A stretch of DNA of 64,000 nt from Escherichia coli (GCF_024298765.1 NZ_CP101210.1); one strand, 5' to 3'. Positions 36,287 through 45,298 are shown, numbered from the stretch's first letter. The notes: a model not told the origin generated them from the letters alone. Translations and numbers: made by a program.

Positions 36287-36640
36287 TCAGCGGCGACGGT
36301 TAACGGCAGGCGGTACGCCCCGCCCAAGCCAGAGATGACAGCTTCCGCCATCATCCGGCGAAATCCGGTCTATCCAGAAGTTTTCCTCACCGATGGTCAG
36401 CGTGTCGCCGCGCCGCAGCTGCCGCACATCATCAGTCCGGACAAACAGGGACGGGCTGGAGCCTTCAACGCGTACGCCCTGTCCGGCATAGCTGATATTT
36501 TCAGGGTCATCAAAAACACCACGTATTACTGCGCCGGACTGCTCACCGGATGTCATGGTGGCTGACGTTCCCATGTACCCGCGTATCGTTTCATCGGCGC
36601 GGGCAATGGCAGCATCGAACAGGTTATCGAAATCAGCCAC
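36287..36640 (-). CDS. FII: head-tail connector protein FII
   Basis: 117-aa ORF matching lambda gpFII. Confidence 0.93.
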   Translation of the reverse strand: MADFDNLFDAAIARADETIRGYMGTSATMTSGEQSGAVIRGVFDDPENISYAGQGVRVEGSSPSLFVRTDDVRQLRRGDTLTIGEENFWIDRISPDDGGSCHLWLGRGVPPAVNRRR

Positions 36641-36651
36641 AGCGCCTCCCG

Positions 36652-37047
36652 TTATTGCATTCTGGCCAGGCCGCGCTCTGTCATTTCAGCTGCCACACCG
36701 GCAGAGACACGGAACGCCGTTCCCGGCAGCACAAATGCCACAGCCTCATCCCGCGTGGCGTGAAGTGCATCAGTATGCAGCGTCACCAGTGCCACAACCG
36801 TGACCAGATCAGCCGTATCAGTCACGGTATCCGGCTGCGCTGATACCACCTCATTTTCATGTCCGGTCAGCGCATTTTCCGGGCTGACAGATGTGTCCTG
36901 ACCGGCAGCGTCATCCGTGTCATCAAGCTCCTCTTCCAGCTCTGCCACACGGAGCGCCAGTTCTTCTTTCGTCCCCGTCAGGCTGACATCACGGTTCAGT
37001 TGTTCACCCAGCGAGCGGAGACGGGCAATCAGTTCATCTTTCGTCAT
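36652..37047 (-). CDS. FI: DNA packaging protein FI
   Basis: 132 aa from MTKDELIARLRSLGEQLN... Confidence 0.9.
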   Translation of the reverse strand: MTKDELIARLRSLGEQLNRDVSLTGTKEELALRVAELEEELDDTDDAAGQDTSVSPENALTGHENEVVSAQPDTVTDTADLVTVVALVTLHTDALHATRDEAVAFVLPGTAFRVSAGVAAEMTERGLARMQ

Positions 37048-37088
37048 GGACTCCTCCACAGAGAAACAATGGCCCCGAAGGGCCATGA

Positions 37089-37877
37089 TTACGCCAGTTG
37101 TACGGACACGAACTCATCAGGGTCAGCCAGCAGCATCAGCGGTGCTGACTGAATCATGGTGAACTCACGCGCCGGATCGCCGGTGGTCACCCAGTTTTTC
37201 GGGTAACGGGCAGAGGCGTTAATGCCTTCGCGCTGTGCGTCCGCATCCTGAATGCAGCCATAGGTGCGCAGACCGCGTGCATGAGTGTTACCCAGCACCA
37301 TCGTGTTGTCCGGCAGGAAGTTCTTTTTGACGCCGTTTTCCACGTACTGTCCGGAATACACGACGATGGCCACATCGCCATACATCCCCTTATAGGACAC
37401 CGCTTTACCCAGGTCTTTCACCGCTGTCTCCAGCTCGGAATGAGAGCCGCGACGGGTATCCAGCTTCTCCTTGACGGCGTTGAAGGAACGGAACAGCGCC
37501 CAGCCTTTCGGATCAAACACGATGATATTCACCACGCCGCTGGCGTTCAGCGCGTAGGCTTCGATATCGTCGGTCGGGTCATACGTGGACTTGTCACGCT
37601 TGCTCCACTCCGTGCCGCCGGACTGCGTGATGTTGTTCGCCGCACTGCGGCCCATATCCACCTCAACCGGATCGAAGGCTTCACCGGTCATGGTGTATTT
37701 GCCCTTGAGCACGGCAGAAACTGCCTGCATCTCTTCGACCTGAGCAATGGCCAGCTCTTCGTCACGCATGTTCTGCAGGATGATGCGACGGCGGCGGTAA
37801 GCCGGGTCCGCCAGATTCTGCGGATCTTCATCCGGCAGGCGACGCAGGGTCATCTGCGGATTCACTTCATGCTTGGG
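37089..37877 (-). pseudogene. E: major capsid protein E, C-terminal portion (gene split by island insertion)
   Basis: Encodes ...PKHEVNPQMTLRRLPDEDPQ... to the E C-terminus; upstream in-frame sequence is island DNA with an immediate stop. Confidence 0.9.
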
Positions 37878-37879
37878 TT
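37870..37879. repeat. island left junction direct repeat (att core) tgcttgggtt
   Basis: Identical 10-mer recurs at 48754-48763 at the other E junction. Confidence 0.8.
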
Positions 37880-38013
37880 ACATGAGTCAAATATGAAAGG
37901 ATGTGAATGATTTGATTACGTTTTAGCTATAGAATTGAAATGGAAAATCCTTGAATGCAATACAACGTGCAATACATGGATGAAAACCATCACTCATTTA
38001 ACAAGAGGAATCT

Positions 38014-38919
38014 ATGCGCTCACCCAACAGAATGCATGAACGCTCAACATTTTATAAGTATATGTCGTTGAATACCGCGAAGATTGTTCTTGATTCATGC
38101 AGCCTTAGATGGAGTTCTCCGGTCCTATTTAATGACCCTTTTGATGTTCCAAGAGAAGTTATGCCTGGTATTAACGAAATTAATATTGGCAAAGCTTTAG
38201 CCCGCAAGTTAATAGCGGAGTTGATTACCCCCAGAGAAGACATACAAAATTTAAACCCTAGAATTAGAACAATGCTAAGTGATTTCCAAAAGTCATTTCC
38301 TTTAGGCATACCCGCAGGATTAATTGAAAGATTTCAAGAAATGGTAAACATTCCACCAGTTGGGATTGGCGCTCCTGCGGCAATACAAGAAATGAAAGAT
38401 ATCTGGCGAGGAATGCTTAATAACAGAAGGATTTTGTGTTTATCTGAGAGCCCTATAATCACTCCTATGTGGAATCACTATGCCGATAAATATAAAGGTA
38501 TAGTTATCGAATTTGATTGTGTAGACTTTCTGGATAGCGCTTGGTTAATAGCCAAACCTATGAAATACACAGATGAAATGCCTCTAACTCACACTGCTGA
38601 AGGGATGGCCGAGTTGCTTTTCATGCCAGACAATAAGTCAATTGAATATATCAATAATGAGATAATATTCATAAAAACAGAAGAATGGGCATATGAAAGA
38701 GAGTGGAGAATTTCAACCTACGCTAGGCCAAATAGCACTGGTCAATATAGCGACTTAAAATTTCACCCTTTTGAGTTAAAATCTGTAATACTTGGTCCTC
38801 TTTTTGATGCCAGCGAGTTCGATGAAGTCGCATCACTAGTTAAAATGTATCCAAGAGCGAAATTATTTAAAAGTTCATTTGGGAACGACAGAAAAATATC
38901 CATAGTACCACTACCTTAA
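38014..38919 (+). CDS. hypothetical protein, DUF2971-like (low-GC cargo gene)
   Basis: 301-aa ORF with GAGGA RBS; motifs FYKY...LRWSSPVLFNDPFD, MWNHYADKYKGIVIEFD, EREWRI recalled as DUF2971-like; family assignment from memory only. Confidence 0.6.
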   Translation: MRSPNRMHERSTFYKYMSLNTAKIVLDSCSLRWSSPVLFNDPFDVPREVMPGINEINIGKALARKLIAELITPREDIQNLNPRIRTMLSDFQKSFPLGIPAGLIERFQEMVNIPPVGIGAPAAIQEMKDIWRGMLNNRRILCLSESPIITPMWNHYADKYKGIVIEFDCVDFLDSAWLIAKPMKYTDEMPLTHTAEGMAELLFMPDNKSIEYINNEIIFIKTEEWAYEREWRISTYARPNSTGQYSDLKFHPFELKSVILGPLFDASEFDEVASLVKMYPRAKLFKSSFGNDRKISIVPLP

Positions 38920-38949
38920 AAGGTCAAATGCTTTTGACAAATAAAATCT

Positions 38950-38976
38950 ATCGCCAGTTTTACTGGCGACTTTTAA
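38950..38976 (+). terminator. hairpin terminator between convergent DUF2971-like gene and Nu1-like gene
   Basis: cgccagttttactggcg stem-loop followed by cTTTTaa. Confidence 0.35.
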
Positions 38977-39025
38977 GCAACAAAGAACCACCTAAGCACT
39001 CTTCCTACCTATGGTTTCATTTGTT

Positions 39026-39577
39026 TTAACTTCGCTGATTATCCTTGATATACCTTTCAGCCATATCTGGAATGTTATCTGAGATCTGGTAAGCTCGAAT
39101 AAATGCTTTACTGACCTCCATCTTAATGAAGTCCTGATACCGTTTTTCCATGCCAGGAAACTGTCGACAGATCGCAAGTGGAAGACTATCAATGATTGCT
39201 CCAACTTCCCCAGTTAATTTCGACAAGGCATAAGTCGCAAATGCAGTGTCAATTACCTCACCTGTTTCGCTGGCATTCTTCAGTTCCTGTGCGTCGGCCT
39301 GCGCACGCGTAAGTCGATGGCGTTCGTACTCAATAGTCCCTGGCTGGAGATCTGTCTCGCTGGCCTGCCGCAGTTCTTCAACTTCCCGGCGCAGCTTTTC
39401 GTTCTCAATTTCAGCATCCCTTTCGGCATACCATTTTATGACGGCGGCAGAGTCATAAAGCACCTCATTACCCTTGCCACCGCCTCGCAGAACGGGCATT
39501 CCCTGTTCCTGCCAGTTCTGAATGGTACGGATACTCGCACCGAAAATGTCAGCCAGCTGCTTTTTGTTGACTTCCAT
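39026..39577 (-). CDS. terminase small subunit homolog (Nu1-like chimera)
   Basis: 183 aa; residues 1-~103 essentially identical to the prophage Nu1 at 54397-54942 (winged-HTH cosB-binding domain), C-terminal ~80 aa diverged. Confidence 0.88.
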   Translation of the reverse strand: MEVNKKQLADIFGASIRTIQNWQEQGMPVLRGGGKGNEVLYDSAAVIKWYAERDAEIENEKLRREVEELRQASETDLQPGTIEYERHRLTRAQADAQELKNASETGEVIDTAFATYALSKLTGEVGAIIDSLPLAICRQFPGMEKRYQDFIKMEVSKAFIRAYQISDNIPDMAERYIKDNQRS

Positions 39578-39739
39578 TGTTCATTCCACGGACAAAAACA
39601 GAGAAAGGAAACGACAGAGGCCAAAAAGCTCGCTTTCAGCACCTGTCGTTTCCTTTCTTTTCAGGGGGTATTTTAAATAAAAACATTAAGTTACGACGAA
39701 GAAGAACGGAAACGCCTTAAACCGGAAAATTTTCATAAA

Positions 39740-39800
39740 TAGCGAAAATCCGCGCGCCTGACGCCCCGTAGCCTGTCAGATCGCCGGAAAGGACCCGCCA
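39740..39800. other. cos-like site of the island (variant cosN)
   Basis: Aligns to prophage cos at 55100-55165; the 12-mer equivalent to the cohesive end (39755-39766, cgcctgacgccc) differs at 5/12 positions from aggtcgccgccc. Confidence 0.7.
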
Positions 39801-39822
39801 GCCAGAGCGGGCCCTAATTTCA

Positions 39823-40206
39823 TCAACCAATCAGCTTATAGCGACCATCCCGTGCATTGCGGCGTACACGCTCAATCTTGAGGCATAGCGCCGCATCTGG
39901 CTTTTTTGGGACAGGTACGCGGCAATATTCAGAAGCGCGAGGAATATTATTTATCCAGTCGATCACTTCACTTAAATACCAGGCCTTACGCCCTTCCGTA
40001 ACCTGCACACGCTCCGGGAACTCTCCACTAGCCTCAAGGTTTAGCAGTGTACGCCGACTCAGGGTTGTAATTTCCATCACCTGATTCATATCAACAAGGC
40101 GCTCGCTTAAACACATTTTGTCAGCGATAGCTTTTAATTCCTCTACAGCTGGATTCGGGTACATCATTTCGGCAATTGGCTTAAGGTCATTGTAATCATT
40201 CTGCAT
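39823..40206 (-). CDS. AlpA/MerR-like HTH protein
   Basis: 127-aa ORF; central motif ITTLSRRTLLNLEASGEFPERVQVTEGRKAWYLSEVIDWIN resembles AlpA-family HTH. Confidence 0.6.
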   Translation of the reverse strand: MQNDYNDLKPIAEMMYPNPAVEELKAIADKMCLSERLVDMNQVMEITTLSRRTLLNLEASGEFPERVQVTEGRKAWYLSEVIDWINNIPRASEYCRVPVPKKPDAALCLKIERVRRNARDGRYKLIG

Positions 40207-40217
40207 TGTATCCCCCT

Positions 40218-40559
40218 TTACACACGAGCCAGCGGCTGAACAGAAATACCTGAGCCAACAAACGCTGCAATCTTTACTGACAGTTCTTTTACAGACTCAG
40301 GCCAGTTCAGAGCATCAACATTTAAGACACCTGTCTTATAGACCTGAGCCTGTGTTTTTTTCGCGGTGTCGATTTGTACAGCGGAAACATAAACCGCTTT
40401 ACCTACGCTCGAACCATCCCATACCACCAGTGCACCTGTTGCATCTTCCTGCATCAGTGGCGTAAATGCAGGAATTACCCCTTTATTAGCTGAAAATATC
40501 CCCAGCGTAGTCACCAGTGCTTCAGTGCCAGCCATGAGTTCAGTGTAATGAGTAGCCAT
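40218..40559 (-). CDS. head decoration protein, gpD-like (divergent)
   Basis: 113 aa; shared pattern with lambda D (TPLM...WDG...YK.G...WPE...AF.G..IS) at ~30% identity. Confidence 0.7.
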   Translation of the reverse strand: MATHYTELMAGTEALVTTLGIFSANKGVIPAFTPLMQEDATGALVVWDGSSVGKAVYVSAVQIDTAKKTQAQVYKTGVLNVDALNWPESVKELSVKIAAFVGSGISVQPLARV

Positions 40560-40568
40560 TGCTCCCCC

Positions 40569-41615
40569 TTAGCCAATGCGAACGGTAACAAAACGATTGA
40601 TGCGGGCCGGTATTGGCTGTGGTGCTGAATGTGTCTGCACATATTCAATAGCCGGATCACCAGGCACAATATAGTTTTTCGGTGCAAGTTCGGCTTTAGT
40701 CAGCCCCATTCGGATTAGCTCCGGATCCTGAATACCGCCATAGGCGACAATCCCCTGAAGAGCCGTATTGCCAAGCACCATCAAATCAGGATCAAGGAAA
40801 TGTTTTTCAGTTCCGTCCTCGTCGGTATAACGCCCGCTGTATACAACAATCGCAACATCGCCCATATACCCTTTAAAACTCACCGAATCACCAAGGTCTT
40901 TAAGGGCCGTTTCCAGTTCGGAATTAGAGCCACGACGGGTATCCAGAGCCTCTTTTATCGCTCTGAATGAACGGTATTTCTTCCATACATTACCGCCCAT
41001 AATGATGATATTAGTGACGCCCTCACTAAATTCTGCGTAGCTCTCAATATCATCATTTGGATCAAAAGTTTCTTTATCCTTACCTGACCACTCAGCACCG
41101 CCAGACTGAGTGATGATATTTTGTGGTTTAATATTCCAGTCCAGCTCATAACGTTCAATACCATCGCCCTCAATGATATTTTTCCCCGTTGTGATTGCCT
41201 GAACGGCAAGCCATTCAATACGTGCACGAATAGATTTAGCCTGATTTACAATCGCCTGTTTAACTTTAATATTACGCGCTCCAAAAGCATTGTATTGCTC
41301 AGGTGATACACCAGCAGGGCGCACAGCTAACTTATTTGGATCAATGCTGCTTTTCGGCTTCATATAGCCTGGACGAATTGTTTTTGATTCGTACCCTTCG
41401 TCACGTGAAACTTTACTACCCACCATAGGAGAACAAAACGCTGCAATTGGGATATTTGGATCGTCGATTGTATCAAGAATAATATCGCGCGATTCAAACA
41501 TTACCGAGCGAGTAAAAAACAAACTGGTAAACAACGCATTTAGTTGTTTTTGTACATCTACAGCATTAACCACCTGTACAAGCTGGGTAGGCGAATATAA
41601 ATCAACCATACGCAT
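40569..41615 (-). CDS. major capsid protein, gpE-like (divergent)
   Basis: 348 aa from MRMVDLYSPTQL (RBS AAAGAGG); ~50% identity to prophage E over ITQSGG...DTRRGS.SELETA...GDVAIVVYSG...MVLGNT. Confidence 0.85.
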   Translation of the reverse strand: MRMVDLYSPTQLVQVVNAVDVQKQLNALFTSLFFTRSVMFESRDIILDTIDDPNIPIAAFCSPMVGSKVSRDEGYESKTIRPGYMKPKSSIDPNKLAVRPAGVSPEQYNAFGARNIKVKQAIVNQAKSIRARIEWLAVQAITTGKNIIEGDGIERYELDWNIKPQNIITQSGGAEWSGKDKETFDPNDDIESYAEFSEGVTNIIIMGGNVWKKYRSFRAIKEALDTRRGSNSELETALKDLGDSVSFKGYMGDVAIVVYSGRYTDEDGTEKHFLDPDLMVLGNTALQGIVAYGGIQDPELIRMGLTKAELAPKNYIVPGDPAIEYVQTHSAPQPIPARINRFVTVRIG

Positions 41616-41826
41616 CCTCTTTGCATTCATTAAAAATAATTGTGGATATATGCTATCACCGATATTTGTCATGCGAATACATGCAACCGAGTGCAATGTT
41701 GTATAAAGTTTTGGGATAACAACTTCAGCGCGGATAATTAGTGTTAATATCTTAACTCCCTTTGGTCGGGATTTATGTAGCATGCCGGAAAATTTATTTT
41801 TTTCCGGCCTTTTTTATTGGCAATAT

Positions 41827-42276
41827 TTAAAACGGAATATCATCTCCCCATTGCTCATTATCTCCCACTGGTGGATGGCTTCCTTGCTGATCTGCCTGTT
41901 GTTTTGCTCTGTTCAGTGCGTCAGTAGCCTGACCCTGTTGACCTTTTTTGCCGCCCGGTCGCACCGTTCGCGCACTGATTACGCTGTCTGCGATAACCTG
42001 CCAGCCCTGCCGCGTTTCACCGTTCTGTCCAGTCCACTGGCTCACCTGCATATTACCCGCCACGCTCAGGAGTTCGCCTTTGTGATGCTTTGCCAGCGCG
42101 TCGGCTTGTCTGCCAAACGCCAGGACAGATAACCACATCGTCGCCGTTCCGTCATCTGCCTGGCTGCATGGCAAAGATACCGCCATCCGTGCCAGTGTCA
42201 TGGGTGTTCCCTTGCTGGTATGTTTTACCTGTGGGTCGTCCACCAGCCGCCCGTAAGCTGCTATTTGCGCCGTCAT
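41827..42276 (-). CDS. ssb: single-stranded DNA-binding protein
   Basis: 149-aa ORF with OB-fold pattern, Gly/Gln-rich linker and acidic C-terminal tail ...GDDIPF. Confidence 0.8.
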   Translation of the reverse strand: MTAQIAAYGRLVDDPQVKHTSKGTPMTLARMAVSLPCSQADDGTATMWLSVLAFGRQADALAKHHKGELLSVAGNMQVSQWTGQNGETRQGWQVIADSVISARTVRPGGKKGQQGQATDALNRAKQQADQQGSHPPVGDNEQWGDDIPF

Positions 42277-42287
42277 GCTGCCTGCTC

Positions 42288-42530
42288 TCAGGACTTAATA
42301 TTGATGGTTGTCACTTCCTCCGCTTCGGCAATCTCCCGTTCGGTCAGCGTGGCAAAGTTTGCAGCCGCCGTTGTCATGAATGCGCTTATCAGTTCGGGAT
42401 GTGCTTTCGCGTATCCTTCCCCGGCGTTGCGGTCTATTGCCTTAATCGCCACCCTTAGCCAGTGTTCAGCCATATCAAGGGCGCGGTAATGTGGCTTTAT
42501 ATGTTTGTTCAGTTTTCCTGATGTGTGCAT
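42288..42530 (-). CDS. hypothetical protein
   Basis: 80-aa ORF in operon between origin and ssb. Confidence 0.5.
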   Translation of the reverse strand: MHTSGKLNKHIKPHYRALDMAEHWLRVAIKAIDRNAGEGYAKAHPELISAFMTTAAANFATLTEREIAEAEEVTTINIKS

Positions 42531-42559
42531 TTTTATTTTTACCCCCTCGTTTAAAAAGT

Positions 42560-42810
42560 TTTTTGTGCACCACCACCTTGTCTACCTTGTCTACCTGATT
42601 AGTTATCAGGCCAGTAATGGCGCGGGTTTCAGGGAGGTAGACAGCCCCAAATAGCTGTCTACCTCATCTCTACCCGTCTCCTTACCTGTCTACAAAAATG
42701 GGTAGATAAGGTAGATAACAGGTAGACAGTGAAAAATAGTTATCTACCTGCATTAATGCATTGAAATAAAAGTATTTTATTTCAGTCAGGTAGACAAGGT
42801 AGATAACCAT
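42560..42810. repeat. iteron cluster, putative island origin of replication
   Basis: >12 copies of GGTAGAYA / TRTCTACC in both orientations immediately downstream of the primase gene. Confidence 0.8.
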
Positions 42811-42819
42811 TGCCATTTT

Positions 42820-44571
42820 TTATAAAAACGCATCGCAATCATCAGTAGTCGTTGCGTTGGTCTGCGTGACTCCCTTAACTTTTCGCGTAATATATTCATA
42901 TCCGTAAACTTTCGCCGCTGACCTCATAGCCTTTCCGAACTCATTCACGCTCAAACATTTCCCCTTTCCTGTATATGCCATGAAGGCCATATAGACACGG
43001 TAAAGGCTGTTTCTGGTCGTGTACTTCACGGTGTCACCACCACCGCCCATCATTAGCCCACGAGCTTCCTCCAGAAACTCCAGCGCCGCGCAAAGCTCAA
43101 CAACCGGATCCGTTTGCTGCTTTATTGCCAGAGCTTCATCACCGTCACGCTGTTCCAGTAATAAAGCCCGTGCCTTTTCAGGGTCAGCAAAATTAGCCAG
43201 CAAGCGGCGGATAATTACGGGGATTTCTGCCGCTATCTTTTCCGGTAATTCCTTGTCTTTTTCGTCCTCCCTTACAATGTTGTCGAACCGGAAAATCACC
43301 CGACGGCGTGACACACCTCCGGCCCGTTCGGTAAAGATCATCGGGTCGTTATTGGTTGCCAGTACCACCGCCCTTATTATCGTCGTGAATCGCTTCTCAT
43401 ATTTCGGGTTAATTTCAACGGGATCGCCTCCCGTGATTTTCTTGATGCCCGTGCCTTCCCCCGTATATTTCGGCTGATCGGCAAGGACGATAAGACGACT
43501 CCCGACAACCTGCGCACGCCCTCCTGCATCATCGAGTGATGTCATCTCTGCGCTTACGGTGTTCTGTTTGCCAGCAAGCAGGGTGGCAATATGGGTAAAT
43601 GTACTCTTACCGCTTCCCCCGTCTCCGGTGGCCTCAATGAACATCTGCCAGTCGTACCGGTTCGCCATAATCATGTACAGCGCGGCACATATACGCATCA
43701 TCTTGCGCGGGTCTTTTCCGGCTGCGTGCTCAAGCCATTTATGAAAGTTTGGCGCGTTATCGCGGATGTTCTCCCCTGGTGCTGGTGGCGTGTACTCAAT
43801 GCCGTTGTGCGTGGTGATCCAGTTCTCCGGCGTGTGCGGGGAAAATTCCCCCGTTTTCAGGTCAAGCGCACCATTGGCGAACGGCAGCAAATCGCCGGAC
43901 GGCTCGCCCATTGGTTCGGCAATAACTTTTAACGCTTCAACGGCGTTATTGATCACGCGTTTGCTGAAAGTGGCCCTGTGCTCTGAATAGATCGCCACCA
44001 TTTCGCGGCTCAGCTCCATTGTGCTGATCGGACACCATACCCCGCCGCGCCATACGTGAACGATTTCACTTTCCGGATGCACACAAACGCCATCAAAGCG
44101 CTCGGCAAGCAGCTGCGCGCGCTCACTGTCTGCCATCTGTGAAAGTTGCGCCTTTTGCTTCGTCGGAAGATTAAGCACCAGGCTTTCCCCACGCTCGCAT
44201 TCCTCTTTGAGTCGCGGCAACTGGTCGGATAAATCCACTGGGCTGATGTCAGTAATCCCCGCGTATTCGTGTACGGTCTTCACTCCAGCCACAGCCAGTA
44301 ACGTAACAATCTGCGTCATGCTGTGCTCTGTGATATGTCCTGCGCGGTAAACACGCACACACTGACGATCTTCATCAATGATCCGGTAATCGGTGATGTT
44401 TTTCAGTTGCTCATCAGCCAACACGACAGGCGGCACATCGTCGGCGGCAATATGTTTACCCGCCCATTCCTGCCACTCTTTCGCATGGCTCCACGCATCA
44501 CTACCTGCAAAGATGATTATCTCTGTCAGTCTGTCGCGTGGCTGTTTTTTTAAGTTCGGTGCCAGTTTCAT
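42820..44571 (-). CDS. primase/helicase-like replication protein (P-loop NTPase, D5/P4-alpha-like)
   Basis: 583-aa ORF with Walker A GDGGSGKST and primase C-terminal-like region. Confidence 0.8.
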   Translation of the reverse strand: MKLAPNLKKQPRDRLTEIIIFAGSDAWSHAKEWQEWAGKHIAADDVPPVVLADEQLKNITDYRIIDEDRQCVRVYRAGHITEHSMTQIVTLLAVAGVKTVHEYAGITDISPVDLSDQLPRLKEECERGESLVLNLPTKQKAQLSQMADSERAQLLAERFDGVCVHPESEIVHVWRGGVWCPISTMELSREMVAIYSEHRATFSKRVINNAVEALKVIAEPMGEPSGDLLPFANGALDLKTGEFSPHTPENWITTHNGIEYTPPAPGENIRDNAPNFHKWLEHAAGKDPRKMMRICAALYMIMANRYDWQMFIEATGDGGSGKSTFTHIATLLAGKQNTVSAEMTSLDDAGGRAQVVGSRLIVLADQPKYTGEGTGIKKITGGDPVEINPKYEKRFTTIIRAVVLATNNDPMIFTERAGGVSRRRVIFRFDNIVREDEKDKELPEKIAAEIPVIIRRLLANFADPEKARALLLEQRDGDEALAIKQQTDPVVELCAALEFLEEARGLMMGGGGDTVKYTTRNSLYRVYMAFMAYTGKGKCLSVNEFGKAMRSAAKVYGYEYITRKVKGVTQTNATTTDDCDAFL

Positions 44572-44867
44572 TTTTTGCCCCTGAATGCGTTAATCATGCT
44601 TTTCATTTTCTGGATGTTTCCCCGCGCTTTTTCCCTGCTGATGGGCTTACTGCGGGGTGCGGCATATACCAGGGAAAAATCACGCCGGAACTGATAAACA
44701 GGCATCACGCAGTCATAGCTATACCCCTCACGACGGTAAGTGATGCGCCGTTCTGCCACGCCTTTAATCGTTACCGTGCCGCCGTATTTATCGCGGTAAA
44801 TATCGCCGTTCATAAATTCAGGCCGAGCGGGGCCGCTGGCAATAAAGCCAGAATTTTTCATTTCCAT
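44568..44867 (-). CDS. hypothetical protein
   Basis: 99-aa ORF overlapping primase start by 4 nt. Confidence 0.55.
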   Translation of the reverse strand: MEMKNSGFIASGPARPEFMNGDIYRDKYGGTVTIKGVAERRITYRREGYSYDCVMPVYQFRRDFSLVYAAPRSKPISREKARGNIQKMKSMINAFRGKK

Positions 44868-44884
44868 ATTATTTATTCCTCGAC

Positions 44885-45106
44885 TTAACTCGACTTATTT
44901 GATAGCTGGGCACTATTTATTGCGTCATTGAGTTTTTCTGCTGCTTCATCAATAAGTGACAACAGGCCATAAGCAATATTTGCATCTTCATTGTCATTTA
45001 TGCAATCAAGCCACATATTTAATATTGCTTTTGCTGAATTATTTAAAGTTAATGAACTTTCTGCACATGCTAACAATTTAAAAAAGACTTCCCGTTCTGT
45101 ATTCAT
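44885..45106 (-). CDS. hypothetical protein
   Basis: 73-aa low-GC ORF in the island leftward operon. Confidence 0.5.
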   Translation of the reverse strand: MNTEREVFFKLLACAESSLTLNNSAKAILNMWLDCINDNEDANIAYGLLSLIDEAAEKLNDAINSAQLSNKSS

Positions 45107-45298
45107 TTAATCCCCCACCAGCTTACTTTCTTCCTCAATCAAAAAACTAGCGACACTTCCCGAAAGACGCGCCAGTAGGCTCGCCAGTGCGGATATATCA
45201 GCATCTGTAATTTTGTTCGGGTATACCTCAAGAAGGCGGCAAATAATTTCTGTCTGGTGCGCACGTTCAGCGGCTTCGTGTAATGTGATTTCCTGCAT
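45107..45298 (-). CDS. hypothetical protein
   Basis: 63-aa ORF, start/stop abutting neighbours. Confidence 0.5.
   Translation of the reverse strand: MQEITLHEAAERAHQTEIICRLLEVYPNKITDADISALASLLARLSGSVASFLIEEESKLVGD

Noticed and set aside
40569-41783. Reading the island capsid gene as a duplicated copy of helper E (segmental duplication)
   Set aside because: Protein identity is only about half and the DNA is not alignable as a recent duplicate, unlike the near-identical cos/Nu1 segment; it is a divergent homolog.
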